A DNA stretch of 64,000 bases from an uncultured bacterium (lineage in GTDB: Bacteria; Vulcanimicrobiota; Xenobia; Xenobiales; Xenobiaceae), in assembly GCA_958366945.1 (NCBI GenBank), contig CATXCY010000005.1, positions 19,708 to 83,707 of the forward strand, in the 5' to 3' direction. Below, in pieces: positions 26,881 to 36,831 of the stretch. The stretch's first letter is position 1. Every line of letters starts with the position of its first letter. The translations under genes were made by a program, and so were the position numbers. The notes below the pieces were generated by a model, which saw only the letters and a list, made by a program, of their open reading frames with translations, did no database searches and was not told the DNA's origin.

Positions 26881-27492
26881 TTAGGCTTCGGAATTTTTCT
26901 CGCCAGTCACGATCTCGCCGGTTACAATGTAACGGCCTCCGTTTACCTTTTCACCGCTATTGTCGGTTTGATCCCATTTTACTGAGAAGACACGCTCCTC
27001 GTTGGGCAGAATTGTAAGCACCTTTTGATTGCTGAAGTTTTTATTGGCCTTGGAATAGCGCCAAATTTCAATAGGTACTTTATCAAAAAAGACATTTACT
27101 TGCTGTTGCACCACAAAGTCTACTTTAGAATCTTTGGAAAAATCCAAAGTTTTGGGCAAACCAGTTGTATTGGTAATAGACATTGTTAAATATATGCCGT
27201 CTTTTTCACGGTCAGATATTTTCATGGTGTAGTAGAGGCCGTCTGAAGATTGGTTGGCTTCGTTGCCTACGGCACCGGCGCGTGAAACGATGGAATAGCG
27301 AACGAAAACCATAAAAGCAACAAACAGACAGGCTAAAACGATCATAACCAATTTAGCGTCTGCTTTGCTATCTTGAAGGTGGCGGCTGCTCTTGCGTACT
27401 CTGGCTACTGGAGCTGTCGTGTTGCTTAGTCCAACCGTTTGGGGATCAGACATAATATTCGTCACTTCTCCTACTGATTTTTGATTACTCAT
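26881..27492 (-). CDS. membrane-anchored protein with a C-terminal Ig-like beta-sandwich domain, possibly BsuPI-like
   Basis: A single TM helix (LVMIVLACLFVAFMVFV) is followed by a domain whose residue pattern (DFSKDSKVDFVV...WRYS...LPNEERVF...W...GRYIVTGEI) resembles intracellular-proteinase-inhibitor folds. Confidence 0.5.
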   Translation of the reverse strand: MSNQKSVGEVTNIMSDPQTVGLSNTTAPVARVRKSSRHLQDSKADAKLVMIVLACLFVAFMVFVRYSIVSRAGAVGNEANQSSDGLYYTMKISDREKDGIYLTMSITNTTGLPKTLDFSKDSKVDFVVQQQVNVFFDKVPIEIWRYSKANKNFSNQKVLTILPNEERVFSVKWDQTDNSGEKVNGGRYIVTGEIVTGEKNSEA

Positions 27493-27779
27493 TTTTTACA
27501 AAAAAGACTCCGCTCGCAGCTCAGACTCAGTGTGACTGAGCATAATCTCACTGCTTAGTATTGTTCACCTATTGGGCGTTAGTTTGAAACATTCCTTTTC
27601 TTGTTGTACAATCGCAGCGAGGCGCTTTCCACTATTTTTATATGTTTTGCAACACAACTTGCTTATTTAGCTTTAACTTTGCAAAGTCTAAGCGTCTTAG
27701 AGCGAATTTTTTTAAGTTTAATATTGAGCAGGGAGCGAACGGCTTGCCCTTTTGCTGTTCCTGCGAGGGAGAAAAATTT

Positions 27780-28832
27780 ATGAACCGCTTTATAGGTTTT
27801 ATAATTTTGTTATTTTTTGCCTTGGCCCTCCCTGTGCTTGCCGATTTGGAGGGTATGGTTGTCAATGTAGCCCAAAGTGGCGAAATTACCGTCAATCGCG
27901 GTATCGCTGACAATGTCACTCCCGGGACACGCTGGTATATCTATCGCAATGGCTCTCCCAAAGCCGAAGTGGAAGCTGTTTTAGTCGATAATTATACTAC
28001 TACTGTTAGAGTCGTTTCCGGAAGTGGAGTGGCTGTAGGCGACAAAATTACCACTAAACCTTTTGCCGCTGCTCCTAAAGAAAAGAAAGAAACAGCCAAA
28101 AACATAGAGAGCAACATACCCAAAAATCAATTAGATCCGCGCTTCAAAACTACTCGTCGAGTAAAAGAAGAGACTGCCGAAAGCACAGAAGGACATTATA
28201 AAAAGGCTTTGTCTTCTTCTACTAAAAAGGCCAATTTTTCCGGTGGCATGAGTAAGCAAAGAAGAACTTCAATCAACCCTATGATGGCTTACAACGTGTT
28301 TAGTGGTTTTACTACTTCCCATGGCGGTGGCATCGTCTGGCAAAACGCAGCCACGACTATCCCCGGCGAAATTGCTTATAACGCTACCATGAAGAACCAG
28401 AGCAAATACTGCAGCCTCGACGTGGAAGTTACTTGGTGGAGCGACAATCTTTTAGATGCTTACTCTGATATGATCGCTTTTAAGGAAGGACGCACTAGTA
28501 TGGAGCAGCGCCTTTCTATGCGCAATGGTCTTTATTCCCAGCGTGGCGCCGATAAGTTCTTAGTTTTTCATATAAAAATGAAGAACACTGGTAAAGCCAA
28601 TGTCCAAGTTGAGCCTTTCCATTGGCATGCTTATTTGTTAGATGGACAAGGTAATAGATTAAAAGCCGAGCGTTACGATCAGATTTTGGATAGAACTTTA
28701 ACTCCCGGACAAGAAACTGAAGGTAATATTTACTTCTCCAAGTATGACGCCTCTGGTCGCTGTTTAGCCGATAACAAAGTGACTTTGGTTTTGGAAGATA
28801 TCCTTACTGAAAGAGCAACATTGAAGTTCTAG
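27780..28832 (+). CDS. secreted protein with a C-terminal DUF4352-like Ig domain
   Basis: Signal peptide MNRFIGFIILLFFALALPVLA with an RBS GAGGGAG upstream. The ORF-track start at 27642 is probably too far upstream. Confidence 0.6.
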   Translation: MNRFIGFIILLFFALALPVLADLEGMVVNVAQSGEITVNRGIADNVTPGTRWYIYRNGSPKAEVEAVLVDNYTTTVRVVSGSGVAVGDKITTKPFAAAPKEKKETAKNIESNIPKNQLDPRFKTTRRVKEETAESTEGHYKKALSSSTKKANFSGGMSKQRRTSINPMMAYNVFSGFTTSHGGGIVWQNAATTIPGEIAYNATMKNQSKYCSLDVEVTWWSDNLLDAYSDMIAFKEGRTSMEQRLSMRNGLYSQRGADKFLVFHIKMKNTGKANVQVEPFHWHAYLLDGQGNRLKAERYDQILDRTLTPGQETEGNIYFSKYDASGRCLADNKVTLVLEDILTERATLKF

Positions 28833-28848
28833 TCTATTTTTATAAAGG

Positions 28849-28886
28849 GAAGCTGTTACCAATTTTGTGACAGCTTCTTTTTTTTA
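28849..28886 (+). terminator. rho-independent terminator
   Basis: GAAGCTGT-loop-ACAGCTTC followed by T8. Confidence 0.8.
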
Positions 28887-29049
28887 TTCATTTTGGCTTT
28901 TCATTGATCTGTGTTTTCTCACCATATGATTTGCGTTAGAATTAAACATATGTTTCCCTTTTTCACTTGAACTAAACATTTTAAAAAGGTAAATTGATAG
29001 GCGGGGGATTAAGATTTTAACAAGATTATAAGTGTGGGAGAGTTGTACC

Positions 29050-29646
29050 ATGTCTTCTAAAGAGCATAAACACAATCATAACGCTGTTGAGCCAGACGTT
29101 AAAGCAGAGGCTGAGGGGGCTTCTGTTAAGGCTGAAGAGAACGCCGAACAAGTGGAAAATAAAGAATTAAAGCAGGAAGAAAACGCTCAAGAACTTTTGG
29201 AAGCCAAGGATCAAGAGATAAATCGATTGCAAGAGCAACTTAAGCGTGTTACTGCTGATACCGAGAACTATCGCAAGCGTATGGATGCCAACTTTGAGCG
29301 TCGTGTTGATAGTGCTAAAGAGGATATCTTCCGCAAGCTTTTACCTATTATCGATCATTTGGAAATGGCTATTGAAGCTTCTCGTAAAGGCGGTACGGTT
29401 GAGTCTCTTTGCCAAGGCGTAGAATTAGTCCTTAAAGACGCTGTCAAGATGATGGAGAGCTATGCTGTTGTTCCTATCGAAGCGAAAGGTAAAGCCTTCG
29501 ATCCAGCGTGTCACGAAGCTGTTATGATGGAAGAATCAGATGAGCTTCCCGATGAAACGGTGTCCAATGAATTTAAAAAGGGCTACAAAATAGGCGATAG
29601 AGTTTTGCGTCCCAGCATGGTTTGTGTAGCTCGTAGCACCAAGTAG
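29050..29646 (+). CDS. grpE: nucleotide exchange factor GrpE
   Basis: Coiled-coil N-terminus with the GrpE signature (TADTENYRKRMDANFERRVDSAKEDIFRKLLPIIDHLEMAI). The ATG at 29050 has an RBS GGGAGAG. Confidence 0.85.
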   Translation: MSSKEHKHNHNAVEPDVKAEAEGASVKAEENAEQVENKELKQEENAQELLEAKDQEINRLQEQLKRVTADTENYRKRMDANFERRVDSAKEDIFRKLLPIIDHLEMAIEASRKGGTVESLCQGVELVLKDAVKMMESYAVVPIEAKGKAFDPACHEAVMMEESDELPDETVSNEFKKGYKIGDRVLRPSMVCVARSTK

Positions 29647-29708
29647 AGCTAGATCTTTTTTATCGTGAGTACAGCTTTTCCGCAGCCTTAAATTAAGGGG
29701 TCAAAGCT

Positions 29709-30767
29709 ATGGATTATAAAGATTATTATAAAATTTTAGGTGTAGATCGTTCTGCTAGTCAGAAAGATATAAAATCGGCTTATCGTAAGCTCACTAAGAA
29801 GTATCACCCTGATTTGAACCACGGCGATAAAGATGCAGAGCTTAAGTATCGTGATGTAAATGAAGCTTATGAAGTGTTGGGCGACCCTGACAAACGTTCA
29901 AAGTATGATCAGTTTGGCGCTCAGTGGAAGTATGTCAAGGATGGCAAGACACCTCCTTACGGAGCTGGCGGCTACCAACAAGGTGGTTTCGATTTCTCTG
30001 ATATCTTCTCCCAATTTTCTCAGGGCAGCCAGGGAGGCGGTGCTCACTTTAGCTCGTCTTTTGGTGGTTCGGGATATTCTCCGTTCTTTGAAATGCTCTT
30101 CAACAATATGGGAACTTCTGGAGGCTCTCGTCGCAGCAGTGCCGGGTTTGAAGGTTTTGGTGGAGGCGCTCGTCGCAGCGCACCAGCAAGCAAACCTCTG
30201 GAGACTGAGCTTACTATTAGCTTAGCTGAAGCTTATAATGGCACAGTTAAATCGGTAACTATTGCTAAACCTGCCGCGTGTGCTTCATGCTCTGGAAGTG
30301 GATTCTTTAACGGTACTCCGTGCAGTATGTGTGGAGGTACCGGTAAAGTAAATGCTACTCACACTTTAGACGTAAAGGTGCCTGCTGGTGTTACCAACGG
30401 CTCCAAAGTGAGAGTGCGTGGTGAAAACAGTGGCGGTGTTTGTGGCGATATCATGTTCAAAATTAATATTGCTCCGGATTCTGTCTACAAAGTAGAAGGA
30501 CGCGATTTGCGCTGCGACTTGTGGGTTTCGCTTAGAGACGCTTTCTTGGGAGGGAGTTCCGATTTGAAGTTGCCTAATGGCAAGTCTATCTCTATTAAAG
30601 TGGCTCCCAACACTCCTAATGGTAAAATGCTTCGCATGAGTGGTTTAGGATTACCTAATCCCAGAGGAGAAGCAGGCAATATTTTAGCTCGCCTTATGGT
30701 GAAATTGCCGGAAAATCTTACTGCAGAGCAGCTTACAGGGTTAGATTTGCTTTGTCCTGTGAAATAA
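29709..30767 (+). CDS. DnaJ/CbpA-like J-domain co-chaperone with a reduced Zn-finger
   Basis: J domain (DYYKILGV...KKYHPDLN), a G/F-rich region, and only two CxxCxG-type motifs ([16 protein letters not shown]). Confidence 0.8.
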   Translation: MDYKDYYKILGVDRSASQKDIKSAYRKLTKKYHPDLNHGDKDAELKYRDVNEAYEVLGDPDKRSKYDQFGAQWKYVKDGKTPPYGAGGYQQGGFDFSDIFSQFSQGSQGGGAHFSSSFGGSGYSPFFEMLFNNMGTSGGSRRSSAGFEGFGGGARRSAPASKPLETELTISLAEAYNGTVKSVTIAKPAACASCSGSGFFNGTPCSMCGGTGKVNATHTLDVKVPAGVTNGSKVRVRGENSGGVCGDIMFKINIAPDSVYKVEGRDLRCDLWVSLRDAFLGGSSDLKLPNGKSISIKVAPNTPNGKMLRMSGLGLPNPRGEAGNILARLMVKLPENLTAEQLTGLDLLCPVK

Positions 30768-30802
30768 AAGTGCGGCTGTAAGATAAATATATTATGAAAG
30801 GA

Positions 30803-30838
30803 GCGATGCGGTTACGTTACGCATCGCCCCTTTTTTAT
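30803..30838 (+). terminator. rho-independent terminator
   Basis: GCGATGC-loop-GCATCGC-CCC followed by T6. Confidence 0.75.
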
Positions 30839-30993
30839 TACTTCTTACTCTTCCATTTTTCAAAGAACTGTGGGAGCAATTTCGGCAGGGAGAAGGCTTT
30901 AGGCTGTGAAAAAGGAAGGCGTTTGAAATTAGGCGGGTGTTATGTTGTTCTTGTCACCTACGGCGCCCGACTGCGTCAATTGGGAAAGTGACG

Positions 30994-31773
30994 ATGGTAT
31001 TATTTTTTGAGTACATTGGCAGAACGGTTCTGGGTGTTCTAGATTATCTCGGAGCCATATTTATGCTGCTAATGGAATGCCTGTCCGGCATAGCCAAAGG
31101 AGCTGTGAGATTCGGACTTGCTGTGCAGCAAATGGCCTTCCTTGGAGTAGATTCTTTAGTTATTGTTATCTTAACTACTACTTCAGCTGGTATGGTCATT
31201 TCTTTGCAATTGGCTCATATCGCTGTGCAATATGGAGTCGTCAGCGTAGTCGGTGGTGGTGTAGCTATTGCTATGGCTCGTGAACTTGCTCCTATGCTTA
31301 CCGCTGTAGTGGTAGCTGGTCGGGCCGGTTCGGCGATTGCTGCCGAAATTGGTACTATGAAAGTTACCGAACAAATTTCTGCTTTAAAGTGCATGGCTGT
31401 CAGTCCCGTTCGCTATTTGGTAGTGCCTAGGCTTATAGCTTTAGTGACTATGATGCCTCTCCTTACACTCTTTGCTTTAACTTTCGGCACTTTAGGCGGG
31501 GCTGTAATTGCTTATCAATCGGCTAATATCCCCTATGAAGTATTTTGGGACTCTATTCAGCGCCTTTTAGTTCTTTCCGATGTGAGCTATGGTTTGCTTA
31601 AAGGTGTGGTTTTTGGCTTTGAAGTAGCGCTGATCGCTTGCTACCAAGGACTTAATACAGGTAGAGGAGCAGCTGGGGTTGGTGCTTCGACTACTTCCAG
31701 TGTGGTTTATGCCACTATATTTATTTTCATAAGTAACTACCTTATGTCGCTGTGGCTCTTCCCAGTGAGCTAA
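30994..31773 (+). CDS. mlaE: Mla/Ttg2-type ABC transporter permease
   Basis: About 259 aa polytopic permease. It lies directly upstream of an ABC ATPase and an MCE protein. Confidence 0.8.
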   Translation: MVLFFEYIGRTVLGVLDYLGAIFMLLMECLSGIAKGAVRFGLAVQQMAFLGVDSLVIVILTTTSAGMVISLQLAHIAVQYGVVSVVGGGVAIAMARELAPMLTAVVVAGRAGSAIAAEIGTMKVTEQISALKCMAVSPVRYLVVPRLIALVTMMPLLTLFALTFGTLGGAVIAYQSANIPYEVFWDSIQRLLVLSDVSYGLLKGVVFGFEVALIACYQGLNTGRGAAGVGASTTSSVVYATIFIFISNYLMSLWLFPVS

Positions 31774-31801
31774 CAATTGTCGGGAAAGAAAAACTTGTAG
31801 T

Positions 31802-32653
31802 ATGGTAGATCTAGCAAAAAACAGTGCTGCTGAAAAGCAAAACGTGGTCAACGAACCTGCTATGGAAAATAGCGTTTTAGGGCCGCGCCGTCCTATGTCT
31901 GATCCGGCTATTTCCGTGCGCAATGTCTCTGTCTCATTTGGTGGTCGAGCTATTTTACGCAATGTCAGTTTTGATGTCCCCAGAGGCCATACTTTGGCTA
32001 TTATGGGACTCTCAGGCGTTGGCAAAAGTACAACTTTGCGCTGTTTGGTCGGTTTGCAAAAGCCCGATGAGGGTGAAATATATATAGACGGCCAAAATGT
32101 TTTACAACTCAAACCTAAAGAATTTGATGAACTTCGCAAACGCATAGGCATGGTTTTTCAAATGCCTGCTCTGTTCGATTCGCTTAGTATCGGTGAAAAT
32201 GTAGCTTTTGGCTTACGCGAGCATACGCGTCTTTCTGAACAAGAAATTCAGCGTATTGTGGCGGAAAAGTTGGCTATAGTCGATCTTCAGGGAATGGCTC
32301 ACCTTTATCCAAACCAACTTTCCGGAGGTATGCAAAAGAGGGCTAGCTTGGCTAGGACTATTGCTACCGATCCTGATGTTATTTTATACGATGAACCTAC
32401 TACCGGATTAGATCCGATTTTGTCTATGGTTATCAACGAGCTTATTTGTGATTTGCAACGCCGTTTAAAAGCTACTTCGGTAGTAGTTACTCACGATATT
32501 CGCGGTGCTTTAATGGTGGCTCATCAGATAGCTATGCTCAATAAAGGCGAGTTTACTTGGATGGGAACTCCAGAAGAGTTCCAATCTACCGATGATCCCT
32601 TTGTTGTCCAATTCCGTGAAGGCCGGGTACAAGGGCCTATTAGGGTGCAGTAA
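31802..32653 (+). CDS. mlaF: Mla-type ABC transporter ATP-binding protein
   Basis: Walker A GLSGVGKST, signature LSGGMQKR and Walker B ILYDEPT. Confidence 0.85.
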   Translation: MVDLAKNSAAEKQNVVNEPAMENSVLGPRRPMSDPAISVRNVSVSFGGRAILRNVSFDVPRGHTLAIMGLSGVGKSTTLRCLVGLQKPDEGEIYIDGQNVLQLKPKEFDELRKRIGMVFQMPALFDSLSIGENVAFGLREHTRLSEQEIQRIVAEKLAIVDLQGMAHLYPNQLSGGMQKRASLARTIATDPDVILYDEPTTGLDPILSMVINELICDLQRRLKATSVVVTHDIRGALMVAHQIAMLNKGEFTWMGTPEEFQSTDDPFVVQFREGRVQGPIRVQ

Positions 32654-32695
32654 GAATGAAACTATTTCGTTTAACCAAAGCAATGGAGGGTGAAA

Positions 32696-34171
32696 ATGGG
32701 GCTTAGTCCTGCGGCAAGAGTAGGCATGATGACGGTGGTGGCCTTCATTCTGCTTGGCCTTGTCTTCCTGCAAATTGGTAAAGTTGGGCCTGATGTGGGT
32801 GAAAAATATCATGTCATGTTTGACGACGTCCAAGGTTTACAAGTTCGTTCGTCGGTACATCTTTCCGGCGTACGTATCGGTTATGTTTCCGATATAGAGC
32901 TTAACTCTCAAAATCGCGTTGACGTAACTATTGTAGTGACTCGTGATGGAGCTAAACTTTTTAGCTCCGATTATTTTGTCTATACTATAGCTTCTAATAT
33001 CTTGGGTGATAAATGGTTAGACATTAAGCCCGGCGCTGTGCCCGAGGGAGTTGAACCTATCTCTGTCGATGAAGTAGTTATCGGTACTACTCCCATTTCA
33101 CTTGAGCAATTGGCCCAAGAAGGCAGTCAACTTATGGAAGAGTTGCGCGGATCTATCGCTGCTTTAAATGAAATAGTGGGTGACGATACTTTCAAAAAAG
33201 ACGTAAAAGTTACCGTTAATAATATTAGGGATATTTCTGCCAATTTAAAGGATGCTAGCGGTGATGCTCGTCAGCTGATGGGTGAATTGCGTGTACGTAT
33301 GGCTAATATAGCCGGTACGATGGAAAACGTGATAGATAATGCTTCCGCTACTGTGGCTCAGCTTCGCTCAGATGCAGCCGAAATAGGCAGCAATGTCAGA
33401 AATACTACTTCTACGGTAAATAATTTAGTTCAAGGCAATGCTTCCAACTTAAATGCCATTGTTATGAACTTGCGTCAGATGTCTTCCAGCCTTAAAAATA
33501 CCGCTTCAGCCCTAGAAAATGTTGCTGACGATCCACAAATGCGCGGCGATATTTTAGCTATTGCGGCTAACATACGCAAAGTCAGCGAAGAAGTAGCTGG
33601 AATCGCCGGCGATATTCGCACCGTAACAGGCGATCCTCAAGTTCAGGAAGATTTGCGCGAAACCGTACATAATGTTCGCGAAGCTTCCGGCTCGGTTAAA
33701 CGCGTTACTCAAAAGGTAGAAGGTGCTGTAGACAAATTCCCTAGCGGCTTGAGCAAAGGGGATCGCCCCCTTTTCCAAGGTGATGTAGCTGAAGAGCTCA
33801 ATATGAGCAATGGTCAGCTTTCTACCAACGCCAACGCTTGGCTTTTCCCCTACGGTGGACCGCTTACTTTCAGAGTTGGTCTCGACTCTATAGGCAACGA
33901 AAATCTGCTTAATTTACAAGCTGGCAAGGCGTGGGACAATTGGCGAGTACGTGGCGGTATTGTCCGCTCCAAAGTAGGTGTTGGCGCCGATGCTTGGTTC
34001 TTTGACAAGCGTTTAGAAACGTCGCTAGATGTATACGATCCACGTGATATAAAAGTTGACGTTTTGGGTAAGGTAGTTTTACCTTCTGATTGGTACATCT
34101 ACGGTGGTGTACGTGACGTTACCGATAAACATAACAGCGCTCCAGTTATCGGCGCTGGTAAACGATTCTAA
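32696..34171 (+). CDS. mlaD: MCE-domain substrate-binding protein (MlaD-like) with a long C-terminal extension
   Basis: N-terminal TM helix, an MCE domain, and roughly 300 aa of additional helical or low-complexity sequence. Confidence 0.75.
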   Translation: MGLSPAARVGMMTVVAFILLGLVFLQIGKVGPDVGEKYHVMFDDVQGLQVRSSVHLSGVRIGYVSDIELNSQNRVDVTIVVTRDGAKLFSSDYFVYTIASNILGDKWLDIKPGAVPEGVEPISVDEVVIGTTPISLEQLAQEGSQLMEELRGSIAALNEIVGDDTFKKDVKVTVNNIRDISANLKDASGDARQLMGELRVRMANIAGTMENVIDNASATVAQLRSDAAEIGSNVRNTTSTVNNLVQGNASNLNAIVMNLRQMSSSLKNTASALENVADDPQMRGDILAIAANIRKVSEEVAGIAGDIRTVTGDPQVQEDLRETVHNVREASGSVKRVTQKVEGAVDKFPSGLSKGDRPLFQGDVAEELNMSNGQLSTNANAWLFPYGGPLTFRVGLDSIGNENLLNLQAGKAWDNWRVRGGIVRSKVGVGADAWFFDKRLETSLDVYDPRDIKVDVLGKVVLPSDWYIYGGVRDVTDKHNSAPVIGAGKRF

Positions 34172-34247
34172 CCCGACTCTGCCTGAAGTCCTCTGCCTCT
34201 TAGGTGGGGGATAAGGGGGGAAGTGGCGAAGCTACCTTGCAATGATA

Positions 34248-34345
34248 CCCTGGGTCGGTCGCACGGGAATTTATGCCTGGGGAAAGAGTACAAGTCGTTG
34301 CAATTTCTAGAAGTTGCAAGGTTGCTCTAGCCTAATCAGGAAGCT
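34248..34345 (+). ncRNA. conserved GC-rich structured RNA motif, copy 1 (unknown family)
   Basis: About 80% identical to 40946..41040. The hairpin UUGCAA-uUUCuaGAAg-UUGCAA (34298-34319) corresponds to CUGCAG-uUCCucGGAg-CUGCAG in copy 2, with compensatory changes. Confidence 0.5.
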
Positions 34346-34484
34346 CCTTCTTCTTTGAGTGGGGGTACGTTTAGCAAAATATGGTTGTATATCCGGCGTG
34401 TTCTAGGCTGGCTTTGTCTTTACAAGCAGAAGTTCAGCAAAGTGCGTCGGCGCGAGCAGCAAAGGGCGGTTAATATCCAAAGCA

Positions 34485-35678
34485 ATGCATACAGGTGATT
34501 TTACTTTAGAACCCGGCACTTTACTGGACGGTCGCTTCTATGTTGTGAAGCCGATTAAGGCAGGCGGTATGGGCGCTGTCTATGAAGTTAAAGATCGCAT
34601 GGTTAACGATCGACTTTGTGCTTTAAAACAAATGCTCGACTCTTCGGCTCGTTCTGCCGAGCGTCAAGCGGCTATAGATCGTTTCCTTTCCGAAGTACAA
34701 GTCATGCAAACTTTAAATCATCCTGGCATTCCCAAGATTTATAGCTCCTTTATTTGTGACAACTCTTTCTTCTTTGCTATGGAATATATAGAAGGCAAAG
34801 ACTTAGCTACGATCCTTAAAGAAGAAGGCAACCCTGGCTTACCTGTACAATCTGTAGTCGGCTGGGCTTTGCAAACATTAGATGCTTTAAAGTATTTACA
34901 CAGCCGCACTCCGGCTATCACCCACCGCGATATTAAGCCTTCCAATCTTTTAGTGCGCAGTCGCGATCAGCGTTTAATGTTAATCGACTTCGGTATTTCC
35001 AGGGTAACCAATCCTGCCGATGGCTATTGGATTGGCACTCCAGGTTACGCTCCGGCTGAACAGCAGCAAGGACAGCCTGAGCCTAGCAGCGATCTTTACG
35101 CTTTGGGTGCTACAATGCATGAATTGCTTACTGGTCGTAAGCCCAAAGATTGGGATTTCCCTGCTTTTGAAGAATTCGGCGTCAAAGTGCCTGAAGATTT
35201 GCAGCAAATTATTTGGAACTCTCTGGGTACTTGGCCAGAAGATCGTTATGCCAGTGCTGAAGCCATGTATAACGACTTAAAAAATTTGCCCGGAGTTTTT
35301 GTCAGCTTGCCGGAAAATGGCCGAGCTGAGCAATTTGAAAATGCTGTAGTTAAGTTGCGCGATAGACTATATTTCTATCTTAATGACCTTATTCAAAAGT
35401 ATGCTAATGAGTGTCACACTTCGTATCTGCCACAAAATTTGGATTTCTTTGAATTCACTTTAGCTTGTTCCACTCCATTTTCGCTTCGAGTAGTGAAAAA
35501 TTTGGACGAAATGTGCGTACAATTTTACGAAAAGCAAGGCATCTTATCTCCTGTTTTGCTTGATAGTGTCAATCCGCTCAATTTTGGCTGGGAACAAAAA
35601 ATAGACGCTTTGATTAAACGCTTCGTTAAAGACTACGAAGACAGTAAAGGTGGAGGCTGGGGGATTAGTTTAATGTAA
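34485..35678 (+). CDS. Hanks-type serine/threonine protein kinase
   Basis: Kinase motifs GAVYEV...ALK, HRDIKPSNLL and DFGIS. Confidence 0.85.
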   Translation: MHTGDFTLEPGTLLDGRFYVVKPIKAGGMGAVYEVKDRMVNDRLCALKQMLDSSARSAERQAAIDRFLSEVQVMQTLNHPGIPKIYSSFICDNSFFFAMEYIEGKDLATILKEEGNPGLPVQSVVGWALQTLDALKYLHSRTPAITHRDIKPSNLLVRSRDQRLMLIDFGISRVTNPADGYWIGTPGYAPAEQQQGQPEPSSDLYALGATMHELLTGRKPKDWDFPAFEEFGVKVPEDLQQIIWNSLGTWPEDRYASAEAMYNDLKNLPGVFVSLPENGRAEQFENAVVKLRDRLYFYLNDLIQKYANECHTSYLPQNLDFFEFTLACSTPFSLRVVKNLDEMCVQFYEKQGILSPVLLDSVNPLNFGWEQKIDALIKRFVKDYEDSKGGGWGISLM

Positions 35679-35704
35679 CTCCAGCTTGAATAGAGGTCTT
35701 TATC

Positions 35705-35750
35705 AATCGGCGTGTGATAAGTAAATTGTATCAGCGCCGATTATTTTTTG
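35705..35750 (+). terminator. putative terminator
   Basis: ATCGGCG-loop-CGCCGAT followed by T6. The loop is large. Confidence 0.5.
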
Positions 35751-35842
35751 TGGTGCAAAGGCAGAAATTAAAATTCGTCGTATATGCGCAGAACGACCGT
35801 TTTAGACTAGTTGACTTTTTGTCTAAATTAGGAGCCTGAAAG

Positions 35843-36826
35843 ATGTCCGTCCGTGCCCAATTGGCAGTTTTTTTGCTAGGGTTTATCTATACTTTGCTTC
35901 TGGTACCTCTGGTGAAGCGCCTAGCCGTTTATTGTGGTGCTTTAGATAAGCCCAACGCCCGCAAGGTACACCATCAGCCTATTCCTTTGTGGGGCGGCTT
36001 GGGGGTTGCTGGCGGCTATTTTTTGGCTACAGCCAGCGTCATTTGTTTATCCCAATCGTTTAGAGAAGCAGTTACTCCAAGTATTATTTCACAACTTACC
36101 GGTATGACTCTGGGCGGTTTGATTATTTTAGTTGTGGGTATGGTTGATGATCGTTACGGTATGCCGGCTAAAGTTAAATTGGCTTTGCAACTTGTAACCG
36201 GTTTGGTGATGTTTTATTTCGGCATCAAAATCGACTACATTACCGTACCTTGGTATGGAGTTATCTTTTTAAGCACTTGGCAAAGTATTTTGGTAACGCT
36301 TTTTTGGATTGCTGGCATTACCAATGCTTTAAATTTAATTGATGGATTGGACGGCCTTTTAGCCGGCGTTTCTTTAACGGTTGCTTCTGTCTTTTTTGCC
36401 GTTAGCTTACTCAAAGGGCAGTTTGTAATCGCTTTGGTTATGGCTTGTTTAGCCGGTTGCTCTTTAGGATTTTTGCGTTACAACTTTAATCCGGCGCAAA
36501 TTTTCATGGGAGATACTGGCAGCTTATTCTTCGGCCTTATGTTTGCTGGTTGGTCTATAATTGGATTGCTTAAGAGCACCGCTACTTTTGCTTTCTTATT
36601 GCCCATATTTTTAATGGCTGTTCCCATTTTCGATACGACATTTGCAATTTTACGTCGTTTGTTGGCTCATAAGCCCATTTTTCAAGCTGATAAAGGCCAT
36701 TTGCATCACCGTTTATTGAGTCTCGGTTTAAATCAGCGTCAAGTTGTTTTAATTATTTATGCCATTAACACGGCCTTTGGACTTTGCGGCTTGGCCTTGT
36801 TCTATTGGACTTGCAGAGGAGAGTAA
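35843..36826 (+). CDS. glycosyltransferase family 4 polyprenyl-phosphate GlcNAc-1-phosphate transferase (WecA/TagO/MraY-like)
   Basis: Motifs DDRYG and NALNLIDGLDGL in a polytopic membrane protein. Confidence 0.8.
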   Translation: MSVRAQLAVFLLGFIYTLLLVPLVKRLAVYCGALDKPNARKVHHQPIPLWGGLGVAGGYFLATASVICLSQSFREAVTPSIISQLTGMTLGGLIILVVGMVDDRYGMPAKVKLALQLVTGLVMFYFGIKIDYITVPWYGVIFLSTWQSILVTLFWIAGITNALNLIDGLDGLLAGVSLTVASVFFAVSLLKGQFVIALVMACLAGCSLGFLRYNFNPAQIFMGDTGSLFFGLMFAGWSIIGLLKSTATFAFLLPIFLMAVPIFDTTFAILRRLLAHKPIFQADKGHLHHRLLSLGLNQRQVVLIIYAINTAFGLCGLALFYWTCRGE

Positions 36827-36831
36827 TTAAA

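Noticed and set aside
26258-26985. ORFs 26258..26470 and 26752..26985
   Set aside because: The first lies inside the RNase P RNA gene. The second is antisense to the 26881..27492 coding region and the rnpB promoter.
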